Source: a virus (taxonomy: Duplodnaviria > Caudoviricetes). From it: 55,213 nt of DNA. Positions 18,047 to 26,373 of this stretch are shown here, one piece after another. Within the stretch, counting starts at the first letter, position 1, and the number at the start of each line of letters is the position of its first letter. The position numbers were made by a program, and so were the translations under genes. The DNA is taken from the IMG/VR virus record IMGVR_UViG_3300025117_000079, positions 1-55,213 of that record. The stretch is one strand, 5' to 3'. The notes beneath the pieces are model-generated. The model saw only the letters and a program-made list of their open reading frames with translations, was not told the origin of the DNA and did no database searches.

Positions 18047-18529
18047 CTCCGCTTCACTGAAAGCTTTCTCGATTGCCTCCTGATTTTTTCTGGCGGTTTC
18101 AGCCAGGGTTGCCCTCAATTTCTGATCACTGGTCAGTGAACGTTTCGGGGGTTCGAAGTCGAAAACGATTGAGGGGATCACCCTTACTGTTTTCCCCTTA
18201 TGATTGACAAGGATGCCTTTCAGCGACTTGCTTGTTTTGGGACCGTCCTCAGCCTTGCGAAAGACCGACAATGCATCCACAAGACTGTTTGCGTGCTGAG
18301 AGATGGTCTTATTGATGGTTTCGTGAACGGTCGAAAGCAGTTTGTTGAAGGTTTCAACCGCTTTCTCTTCATCCGATTTCATTGCTTTGGCAACGTCTGC
18401 CTTCACTGACGGGGAAACCAGTTTGGCCAGCTGGGCAAACATCAAAGCTTGCTCTTGTTGGGTAAGCCTTGACAAATCAACTCCTGTGGAAACATTCTTT
18501 TCTTCGACTACCAGTTTTTTACCAGACAT
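18044..18529 (-). CDS. GC-richer early protein (start MSGKK)
   Basis: AGGAG RBS before 18529; many G/C-ending codons. Confidence 0.75.
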   Translation of the reverse strand: MSGKKLVVEEKNVSTGVDLSRLTQQEQALMFAQLAKLVSPSVKADVAKAMKSDEEKAVETFNKLLSTVHETINKTISQHANSLVDALSVFRKAEDGPKTSKSLKGILVNHKGKTVRVIPSIVFDFEPPKRSLTSDQKLRATLAETARKNQEAIEKAFSEAE

Positions 18530-18684
18530 GTTTTTTCTCCTGTTTTCTTTTTCTAAAGGGTTTTTTGTTTCCCGCATCCTGCCCCGTTTAGTTTTGTTAA
18601 GACAAAACAAAAGGGCCTTATGTGGCGGTTTTTCAAAGTCAAACTGTTTTCAATACGGCGAAGCATAAAAGTATCACTGTTTTT

Positions 18685-18810
18685 TTAGTAGATTTTTTGT
18701 ACTCTGTATCCACATCTTTCATAAAACATTGCATCTTTTTCTGAAAACATTCCTTGATAAACTTCTTTTTCTTTTCCGTCTACATTTATTTTTAACCAGA
18801 CTTTATACAT
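18685..18810 (-). CDS. 41-aa protein MYKVWLKINVDG...
   Basis: Hand translation; GAGGAG RBS. Confidence 0.6.
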   Translation of the reverse strand: MYKVWLKINVDGKEKEVYQGMFSEKDAMFYERCGYRVQKIY

Positions 18811-19059
18811 TTTTTTCTCCTCTGTGAAAAACGCCGTTTTTGGCTTCACGTTACACTATAAATCGGTATACTGTCAAACTAACATTAACCTGTTTTCCTT
18901 GCCTACAGCTGATCATAACCGACTACGTTATGCTGCCTACTAAGATCATTCAATTTCGCCTGTTTTCGTCGATTTTCTTCACTTTGTTAGCTTAACCCCA
19001 CTACGTTATGCTAGACTGCATGAGATAATTTATATTGAGTTTGATTGTACCGGATAGGC

Positions 19060-19625
19060 TCCTGGTAGTTAAGTAGTGTTAGATATAGCTACATTATAGC
19101 TACATTACACCCTTCATTATATATAAGGGTAGAATCAACCATATCATGCTAGACTAAGCATAAGTAGCTCTACTATGCTAGGTTAAGCTCGATTAGGCAT
19201 AACATACCACATTGAGCCTGGCATATATATGCCTTGCTCTAGGTGGTTAGATAGTGATAGGTTAAGCTAGATTGAGTTAAATTGAGTAGTTAAGCTAGAT
19301 TGAGTTAAATTGAGTAGTTAAGCTAGATTGAGTTAAATTGAGTAGTTAAGCTAGATTGAGTTAAATTGAGTATAACATGCCATATTGAGTATGGCGTACC
19401 TTCGCCTTGCTCGATATGGTTAGGTAGTGGTAGACTGGGCTCGATTAGGTATAGTTAGTTAGATTAGGTTAATTATGGTAGATTAAGCATAAGCAGCTCG
19501 ACTATGCTAGATTAAGCTCGATTAGGTATAGTATGTTATATTGAATATGGTTGAGTACGATTGAGCCCCTATACGTGATGTATAGCTCGATTGAGTATGA
19601 TTAGGCTTAATTGAGTTAAAGCATG
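19060..19625. repeat. non-coding degenerate satellite with ~5-bp units and longer internal duplications
   Basis: Block taagcataag.agctc.actatgctag.ttaagctcgattagg at ~19156 and ~19484; block taacat.cca.attgag..tggc...gccttgctc at ~19200 and ~19373. Confidence 0.75.
19261..19372. repeat. four exact tandem copies of 28-bp GTTAAGCTAGATTGAGTTAAATTGAGTA
   Basis: Read directly; copies start at 19261, 19289, 19317 and 19345. Confidence 0.95.
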
Positions 19626-19844
19626 ATCACTCGCAAGTAGGCCGGGGGCGGTGGCCTAGATAGAATGACCATTTTTCTCAAAAAATTCAACTACTTACTG
19701 TGTTTATTTTGCCACTTTCTAAAAATAAAGTCTATATAGGAGATAACTAAAAATCACAAAAAAATTTTATAAAATTTTTGGAGTGGGTGTTTTATTTCTA
19801 TTATTGTATTATATAACTAATAACTAACCACTAATAACCAACCT

Positions 19845-20285
19845 CTATTCCCTTACTATATATTCTTGTTTCTCTTTCAGAATCCCACAATGTTCTTCCT
19901 TATGACACTCCCAACAAAGAGGAATCAGGTTTTCAAATATCATGTTCTCATGATTGTGATCTATATGGTGTATCTGAGGATTTTTACTATTACATTTGAC
20001 ACAGCTATTCTTATAATATCTCAGAACTGATATGTATAGGGGTTTGAAGGCTATATCTATTATTCTTCTTATTGTTTGTCTTTTATATCTTTTCTTTATT
20101 ATTCTTCTAGCACCATATTTGTTTTTAGGAGATCTTACTATTGTCTTTTTTAATCTATACTCTCTTACTAATTTCTCTATTTCAGAATAGGTGAGATTAT
20201 TGATTGCCTTTCCTTTACAGATTTTAGATACTGCCTCTGGTGTTAGTTTTAGACAATCAGATAATGATTTTAGTGTTATCCTCAA
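19845..20285 (-). CDS. HNH endonuclease
   Basis: CVKC...HHIDHNHEN...NLIPLCWECH. Confidence 0.8.
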   Translation of the reverse strand: MRITLKSLSDCLKLTPEAVSKICKGKAINNLTYSEIEKLVREYRLKKTIVRSPKNKYGARRIIKKRYKRQTIRRIIDIAFKPLYISVLRYYKNSCVKCNSKNPQIHHIDHNHENMIFENLIPLCWECHKEEHCGILKEKQEYIVRE

Positions 20286-20696
20286 TTACAAACTCTCCTT
20301 CCCATACATAACCCTTAGCCACCATCTGGAATGGGGATTGGTATATTTAGCATATAATTTTTCATAGTATGTATATCTCAGATCTAAGAATACTCCTTGC
20401 TTATACAGGACTTTGTTGAAAAGGATACCTAGATACTTATCAGTGTTATCTAGATTTAGAGTTATAGAATCAAATGTTAAATTTACCACTTCTAGTATTT
20501 TATCAAAATCTATTTTCCAATGACAGATATTCTCTAATCTTATCAAGAGTAAATCTTGAGCAATATAAGCTGGATAGACAGATAGCAACTTCAGATAGTA
20601 GTGAGCCGCTAATGCCTGATGTGATTCTGGATATTTGAATGTCATGACTGCTGATGTGTCATTTGGCTCTGGTAATACTACTAGGAATTGACTCAT
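20286..20696 (-). CDS. hypothetical protein
   Basis: Coupled ORF. Confidence 0.65.
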   Translation of the reverse strand: MSQFLVVLPEPNDTSAVMTFKYPESHQALAAHYYLKLLSVYPAYIAQDLLLIRLENICHWKIDFDKILEVVNLTFDSITLNLDNTDKYLGILFNKVLYKQGVFLDLRYTYYEKLYAKYTNPHSRWWLRVMYGKESL

Positions 20697-20893
20697 TTCA
20701 TCCTCACTCTTAAAGTTATAACGCTTCCATAATCACCTATAATACAATCTCCAGGATCAGCAAGAATAACTGCACTAGCAATGGTATGATCTACTTCATT
20801 TAATGTTGCCTTATCTACATCTGACTCCACCACTCTCTGATACAATTCAGATACCATTCCTAGTATTGCTTCCTTATCAGTTTCTGTTCTCAC
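20693..20893 (-). CDS. hypothetical protein, paralog of 20897-21157
   Basis: DKE.IL...S.LYQ.VV.S shared. Confidence 0.7.
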   Translation of the reverse strand: MRTETDKEAILGMVSELYQRVVESDVDKATLNEVDHTIASAVILADPGDCIIGDYGSVITLRVRMK

Positions 20894-20896
20894 ATA

Positions 20897-21157
20897 CTAC
20901 CTCAGTTTCATATCTATAGAGATGTGTCGCTCACTAGAAGATATATTTTGATAGTTAGAAAAATAATTAATTGGATCATTTATGACTTTCAGGTCACAAT
21001 AGTATATCTCTTTAGAATCTACCACTGCTTGGTATAATGTAGAGAGTAGTAATAGGATGTGCTCTTTATCTTTTATTTCTAAGACATCTTTATATTCATT
21101 GATAGCACCAGTAATGTACCGACCTATTTTATTTTCCATATTATAGTCTCCCAACAA
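20897..21157 (-). CDS. hypothetical protein, paralog of 20693-20893 (start may be MENKIG)
   Basis: DKE.IL...S.LYQ.VV.S shared. Confidence 0.7.
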   Translation of the reverse strand: MLGDYNMENKIGRYITGAINEYKDVLEIKDKEHILLLLSTLYQAVVDSKEIYYCDLKVINDPINYFSNYQNISSSERHISIDMKLR

Positions 21158-21362
21158 AGTCCATCATGTCATTATACATTGCTTTGATCTCATCACTGTC
21201 GATCTGATTATACCGATATTTGCAATATTGTAATACTTTCTCTTTATCAGAACAGGACTGGCATGAGATATCAGCCATCATCTGCCAGTTGGTACACCTC
21301 TTACATAAGGTGCCTGAATAGATATATTTACCACAATTGATACAGTATAGTTCATTGGTCAT
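21141..21362 (-). CDS. small Cys-rich protein
   Basis: CINC, CKRC, CQSC. Confidence 0.6.
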   Translation of the reverse strand: MTNELYCINCGKYIYSGTLCKRCTNWQMMADISCQSCSDKEKVLQYCKYRYNQIDSDEIKAMYNDMMDFVGRL

Positions 21363-21780
21363 TCTTTCTCACCCACTTCTCACTTGGATTTACTTTCCAC
21401 AACCACGCATATACATCTTCTACCCACTTACCAAATTCATAACATATATCTTCATAAGAGTTATCATTATATTCTATAACATCTGAGAATCTAGGTTTTA
21501 GGATTTCTAATCTTACTAATAAACAATGGCAAAGTTCATGACTTACAATCTCTAAATCCCATTTATCCTTTATGAAATGTACTTCTCCTAATTTTGGTCT
21601 GGACGGACTTTCTTTGTTTGTTTTCAGATCTACATTTACTGGTGAGAATCGGCAATAACCCCACGTTTCACTATCCTGTTTTGTTTTATAACAGAATTGT
21701 TTTTGATCTTCCCATAAGTAGAGATTAAAATAATATGGTTTCTTATTACATTTGAGTTTTGCTTTTGCTATTGGTTTCAT
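21352..21780 (-). CDS. HExxH-motif protein (possible metallopeptidase)
   Basis: VSHELCH...EDICY. Confidence 0.6.
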   Translation of the reverse strand: MKPIAKAKLKCNKKPYYFNLYLWEDQKQFCYKTKQDSETWGYCRFSPVNVDLKTNKESPSRPKLGEVHFIKDKWDLEIVSHELCHCLLVRLEILKPRFSDVIEYNDNSYEDICYEFGKWVEDVYAWLWKVNPSEKWVRKNDQ

Positions 21781-22304
21781 TCTCTCCCTTTCATCTCTTT
21801 ACTTGCTTTACACATTAAACAATTACACACACCTACCTTTTTCAGAACGTCCTCTAATGATATTGGGAAATAAGAGTTGTTGTCTACTCCCACATCATAC
21901 TGATTCTTACCTGCAATAAGTGTGCCATGAGAATGACCGAAACACATCAAAGAGCCATAATGTGATCTGGGCCACGTTCTCATGGCATAATGACATACCA
22001 CCACATACACTTCCTGTATCATCTTCTCATATATATAAGGAGCATTATTAGGTAGCCACCTATCATGACTTCCTCTCAAGAACAGGTGTTTACCATTCAA
22101 CTTACTTATATATTTCTCAGCTATATCTCTTTTAGCTAATGTAAAATCTCCAGCATGGATTACCAGATCCTCTTTAGATACCACTGAGTTATGGTTATTA
22201 ATTAAAGTCTCGTCCATCTCTTCTACAGAATCAAACGGACGTTTGGTATATCTAATAATATTAAAATGACCAAAGTGCTCGTCTGCGGTCATGAAATAAG
22301 TCAT
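21777..22304 (-). CDS. calcineurin-like metallophosphoesterase
   Basis: ADEHFGH, AGDF, GSHD, CHY, GHSH, DVGVD. Confidence 0.9.
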   Translation of the reverse strand: MTYFMTADEHFGHFNIIRYTKRPFDSVEEMDETLINNHNSVVSKEDLVIHAGDFTLAKRDIAEKYISKLNGKHLFLRGSHDRWLPNNAPYIYEKMIQEVYVVVCHYAMRTWPRSHYGSLMCFGHSHGTLIAGKNQYDVGVDNNSYFPISLEDVLKKVGVCNCLMCKASKEMKGRE

Positions 22305-22332
22305 AGTTCAAGTCCTCCTGATTCCAATTATT

Positions 22333-22348
22333 TGCAAAACCCATGCCG
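22333..22348 (-). promoter_or_regulatory. sigma-54-type promoter
   Basis: Minus strand CGGCATGGGTTTTGCA matches YGGCACG-N4-TTGCW with exact GG-N10-GC spacing, ~30 bp before the first gene of the operon. Confidence 0.65.
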
Positions 22349-22397
22349 ATAATGTACGTGATAGACCGATTTTTATTAAAATAAGGAGATATATACC

Positions 22398-23165
22398 ATG
22401 AAAGCAACAAAATTCCTGTTGGTTGGGGTTTGTATTATTCTTCTAACGTCAGTATCGTGGGCAAACGATGAAGAAAAGAAAGAAGACGATACATTTAAAT
22501 CTTATTGTCCTAAAACCTTAATTAGTGGTCAAGATCAATGTTTGAAATGTCATGTTCCTGGAAATTTTCAAGTTAAAGAAACTAATATAAATGATCTTTA
22601 TGCCTATCCTAATACAAAAACCAAAATCATGCATACCAAAGAAGGAAGAAAAGGATATTTCTTTTTAGATGAAATAGAGAGTTCTCCTGTACAAGAATTT
22701 TTTACATATATGACAAAACAGGATATAGATTATATTATTTTGGACATTCATAGTCCTGGTGGGTCTTATTTTTGTGGCATGAGAATAGTTGGCATCATTC
22801 AAGATTGGGAGTCTGCCAAAGAAGGAAGAATTGTAGAAACAAGGTGTAATGGGTTTGCAGCTTCTGCTGGATTTCTGGTTTTTGTAGCTGGAACTAAAGG
22901 ACATAGATTTGCAAGCAATACAACCCAACTAATGTGGCACCAATTATACAGTTTTTCCATGATGAAAATTACCACTCCGGCTTCCAGTGAAGAGGAAACT
23001 AGAGTATTGAAGCATTTGCAAAATACCGCAGATGAGTATATTGAGTCTCGTGGAAAACTCTCAAAAGATGAGATACATGAAAAAGTAAAAAACAAGGAGT
23101 TTTGGATTACTGGCAGACAGGCATTGGAGTATGGATTTGTTGATAAACTATTGGGTGGAAAATAA
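22398..23165 (+). CDS. ClpP-like (S14) peptidase with signal peptide and CxxCH motif
   Basis: IHSPGG, GFAASAG (Ser), MWHQ (His), ALEYGFVD; N-terminal MKATKFLL...VSWA; CLKCH. Confidence 0.85.
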   Translation: MKATKFLLVGVCIILLTSVSWANDEEKKEDDTFKSYCPKTLISGQDQCLKCHVPGNFQVKETNINDLYAYPNTKTKIMHTKEGRKGYFFLDEIESSPVQEFFTYMTKQDIDYIILDIHSPGGSYFCGMRIVGIIQDWESAKEGRIVETRCNGFAASAGFLVFVAGTKGHRFASNTTQLMWHQLYSFSMMKITTPASSEEETRVLKHLQNTADEYIESRGKLSKDEIHEKVKNKEFWITGRQALEYGFVDKLLGGK

Positions 23166-23183
23166 CGCAGGGTGGTGTTGCTG

Positions 23184-23279
23184 ATGAAGAAGTATAAGAA
23201 AGCCTTAGCTTTGACTATAGCGTGTATATTAAGAGACTTTGCCAACTATATTGAGAGGAAATTCGGCGGTGATGTATAA
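23184..23279 (+). CDS. 31-aa peptide MKKYKKALALTIAC...
   Basis: Hand translation; fills the gap and abuts the next ATG. Confidence 0.4.
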   Translation: MKKYKKALALTIACILRDFANYIERKFGGDV

Positions 23280-23759
23280 ATGGCAGACGAGAATCACACA
23301 ACCGTATGTCCATATCATGGTAAAACTACTGCATTGCTTGAGTCAGCTTTAAAAAAAGATGAACAGCAATGTCAGGCAATTAATGAAATACATAAAGATA
23401 TTAACGAAATAAATAAAACTTGTGCGACTACTAGACAATCTTTTTCAGATGCTTTGGATACCAAACGTCAACATTTAAAAGAAGAGATACTAGAAGAGGT
23501 TGATGAAGTCAGAGCAGAAGTAAGTCAAAGAGTACATCTTAAGTTATTTTATGTTTTGATTAGCATATTGATTGCCGTATGTGGATTCCTCTATACAGAA
23601 CAAAGACAAACTAACAGTACTTTAATAGATATAAAAATTGGATTAGAGGTAACAATGAGAGAGTTATCCATTACATCTAATTTACTAGATAAACATATAA
23701 TGCAAACAGACGATTGGAAAAAGACGGTGGAAAGAAGATTAGATAGAGGCGAGAAATGA
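23280..23759 (+). CDS. coiled-coil membrane protein (possibly lysis-related)
   Basis: One TM segment (LFYVLISILIAVCGFLY) between coiled coils. Confidence 0.6.
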   Translation: MADENHTTVCPYHGKTTALLESALKKDEQQCQAINEIHKDINEINKTCATTRQSFSDALDTKRQHLKEEILEEVDEVRAEVSQRVHLKLFYVLISILIAVCGFLYTEQRQTNSTLIDIKIGLEVTMRELSITSNLLDKHIMQTDDWKKTVERRLDRGEK

Positions 23760-24667
23760 AAAATGTTTTCGTATTTGGTGATCTGATATTAGATAAGTAT
23801 TTATTTGGTAATATAGATAGAATTAGTCCAGAAGCTCCAGTCCCAATCATAGATGTTTCACGTGAAACATATAAATTAGGAGGAGCTGCAAATGTTGCTT
23901 TAAACATCCATAAACTTGGTTGTAAGGTAAGTTTGTGTGGAGTTATTGGTAATGATTCTTACGGTCATGTTTTAAAACAGCTATTAACTGATAATGGAAT
24001 AGATAACTCTTTTATTGTTACAGACAATGATAGAATTACAACTGTCAAAACTAGAGTTGTCTCAAATGATAATAAACATCTTTTTAGAATAGATCGGGAA
24101 GTTAGAAATACAATAACAACTTCTATTCCAGAAATTCTAGACATTATATATATGTTTGTACCACAAATGGATACGATTGTTATTTCTGATTATGATAAAG
24201 GGGTTCTTGCTTATCCACTTTTGCAGGAGATAAAGAATAAGTGTAAGAATAGACCAATGATTGTAGATCCAAAGAAATCACTTAATTATTATGGTGCTAA
24301 TATAATAACACCTAATCGTAAAGAAGCTGAATTGTTTTATGAACAACCTATTGTTACTGATAAAGATGCAGAGGATTGTTGTAGAGAGATCAAAGACAGA
24401 TATAAGTATGAAACGATAGTTTTAACTCGTGGGCCAGATGGTATGACGATACTTAATGGTAAGGACGTTATTCATTCCAGATCAGTTGCTAAGTCAGTTT
24501 TTGATGTAACTGGTGCGGGAGATACTACAATTTCTGTGATTGCCAGATATATAAATGAAAAGTCTTGGAATGAGATAGCTAAATTAGCTAGTTATGCTGC
24601 CGGAGAGGTTGTAAGTCAGTTTGGTACTTCATATGTTACTGAGGCAGATTTACAGGATGTGATCTAA
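23756..24667 (+). CDS. rfaE1: D-glycero-beta-D-manno-heptose-7-phosphate kinase (HldE/RfaE domain I, PfkB family)
   Basis: GDLILDKY.FG..DRISPEAPVP, GGAANVA, SDYDKG, TPNRKE, DVTGAGDT. Confidence 0.9.
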   Translation: MKNVFVFGDLILDKYLFGNIDRISPEAPVPIIDVSRETYKLGGAANVALNIHKLGCKVSLCGVIGNDSYGHVLKQLLTDNGIDNSFIVTDNDRITTVKTRVVSNDNKHLFRIDREVRNTITTSIPEILDIIYMFVPQMDTIVISDYDKGVLAYPLLQEIKNKCKNRPMIVDPKKSLNYYGANIITPNRKEAELFYEQPIVTDKDAEDCCREIKDRYKYETIVLTRGPDGMTILNGKDVIHSRSVAKSVFDVTGAGDTTISVIARYINEKSWNEIAKLASYAAGEVVSQFGTSYVTEADLQDVI

Positions 24668-24753
24668 TGAAAGGACTTTTATGTATAATCGGTTTCTTTC
24701 TGGCTATAGTTTTAGCTTCAATACTTGGTATAGTTTGTAGTAGTATGTTTTAA
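24667..24753 (+). CDS. 28-aa TM peptide MKGLLCIIGFFLAIVLASILG...
   Basis: Hand translation; TAATG coupling. Confidence 0.45.
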   Translation: MKGLLCIIGFFLAIVLASILGIVCSSMF

Positions 24754-24759
24754 TATGAG

Positions 24760-25119
24760 GTGAAATTAATGACGATAAGAAGTGGTCAAAAACACACATT
24801 GTTTGATGGTACTAATGTAGCATCGACTGGATATTCCTATAGTAACTGGGTTAGTACGAAGTACGATAGTTTAACAATTCAGGCAGAAGTTGCGACACTA
24901 GTTGCATCTTGGTTGGCTATAAGAGTTGAAGGTAGATATGATTCAGATAGTAGAACTGCTTCTGTTTATGCAGAGAGATATACATCTGCTCACAGAGCAG
25001 CAAAAGTAATCAGCGATGTTGCGAATTACGGAGAGATGAGAGTAGGAGTTGCTGCCTCTCCACATGTTGCATCTCCAAATAATATTTATTGTTCTATTAC
25101 TCTTTTTGATATTGTATAA
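24760..25119 (+). CDS. Ser/Thr/Ala-rich beta protein, probably a virion component
   Basis: Composition and location in the structural arm. Confidence 0.55.
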   Translation: MKLMTIRSGQKHTLFDGTNVASTGYSYSNWVSTKYDSLTIQAEVATLVASWLAIRVEGRYDSDSRTASVYAERYTSAHRAAKVISDVANYGEMRVGVAASPHVASPNNIYCSITLFDIV

Positions 25120-25131
25120 ATTAATGAGGAA

Positions 25132-25800
25132 GTGATGAATAAATTATCTAGTGAAACAAACATGAAATTACCGTCTAATGTACGTCTAGGACCGTTTAAT
25201 TATATTGTAAAATATCCCTACGCCTTTGCTGAAAATCACGATAGGTGTGGACAGCATGGGTTTGATCGTTTAACTATTTTAGTGACTAATCGTGAAAACG
25301 ACAGTCTTATGTCTGATGAAAGAATTGTAGTGGTTCTATTACATGAACTAACTCATGCAATAGATGTTGTATTTCCTGGTCATGAACAATTAGACGAACG
25401 TAATATTGATTTGTTAGCCAAAGGCATGTTTCAAGTAATCAAGACCAACAATCTTGATTTTCAATCCATACCGAATAAGATCAATGTTATGGGGTTTACA
25501 CTAGAGATATGTTACCCATACGCTTTTGAAGAGGATTCTGAAACAGCAAGTATACATACTCCTAGTTCGTGTAGAATTTTAATTGGTGACTCAATGGACA
25601 AACAAGTCGCCATGTATCATTACATACTTCATATCCTAACTTCCATTACAGACATTCTAGGATTAGAAGAATTGGATGAATTGGATATGAAAAGATTTGC
25701 AGTTGGATACCTGTCTCTATTTCAGGATAATCCTATTCTATTAAAATTAGTCAGGAGTGACGAAAATGTACCAACCAAAAAGAAAAAGCCAAAAAAGTAA
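25132..25800 (+). CDS. tandem-duplicated HExxH (ImmA-like) domain protein
   Basis: Both halves begin (L/I)P....G......YPYAF; HELTH in the first, HYILH in the second. Confidence 0.7.
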   Translation: MMNKLSSETNMKLPSNVRLGPFNYIVKYPYAFAENHDRCGQHGFDRLTILVTNRENDSLMSDERIVVVLLHELTHAIDVVFPGHEQLDERNIDLLAKGMFQVIKTNNLDFQSIPNKINVMGFTLEICYPYAFEEDSETASIHTPSSCRILIGDSMDKQVAMYHYILHILTSITDILGLEELDELDMKRFAVGYLSLFQDNPILLKLVRSDENVPTKKKKPKK

Positions 25801-25815
25801 TAAGGGTGTATTATA

Positions 25816-26373
25816 ATGCCAAGTGGTTCACTATCGGCAGTTGAACGCGTAAAATTGCTATCAGAGGTCAAAGAATTAGTTGAACAAGGTAAATCAGATA
25901 ACCAGATAGCTAATGAACTTGGTGTAACTTTAGGTGCAGTAAAGCGTTCAATTAAATATATAGAAGAACTTTCTCAATCAGTACTAACGACTGAAGAGAT
26001 AAGAACAGCTAGATCTGAAGTTGATAATCAATTCCTAGAGGCTGAAGAAGAGGCACGTAAATTATTCTATGAAGCTCTACAAGGCTATCCAGTAATAGAT
26101 AAAAACGGTAGTGAAGTTCTGAAAGAAGATGGAACTGTATTTAAAAAAGTAGATCGTGGTTTAGTAGAGAAATTTCATCGTCTCTGGACAGAGACATCAA
26201 TGAAACGTGCAGTTATCTATGGACTAGATAAAATCAAACAAGATAACTTCATTCAAGTTAATACTCAGAACAATAATTATGTAGATGACATCAAATTAAG
26301 TAAATCATTACTGGACAAAATTGCAGACCAGATAGTAGAGCAAAAGTCGGTGAAGTCTAATGGAAACTCCTAG
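25816..26373 (+). CDS. terS: terminase small subunit (putative)
   Basis: N-terminal HTH (GKSDNQIANELGVT); directly precedes and overlaps terL. Confidence 0.7.
   Translation: MPSGSLSAVERVKLLSEVKELVEQGKSDNQIANELGVTLGAVKRSIKYIEELSQSVLTTEEIRTARSEVDNQFLEAEEEARKLFYEALQGYPVIDKNGSEVLKEDGTVFKKVDRGLVEKFHRLWTETSMKRAVIYGLDKIKQDNFIQVNTQNNNYVDDIKLSKSLLDKIADQIVEQKSVKSNGNS

Noticed and set aside
18845-18878. TTGACA on the minus strand as the early promoter
   Set aside because: No convincing -10 at 16-18 bp, so it was not called
19219-19234. TGGCATATATATGCC as a sigma-54 promoter
   Set aside because: GG-GC spacing is one base short; it is simply a palindrome within the satellite
19261-19372. 28-bp repeats as a CRISPR array
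   Set aside because: Copies are head-to-tail with no spacers, and no cas genes are present
22382-22400. AAGGAGATATATACCATG resembles the T7/pET RBS (vector contamination)
   Set aside because: Not identical and no other vector sequence nearby
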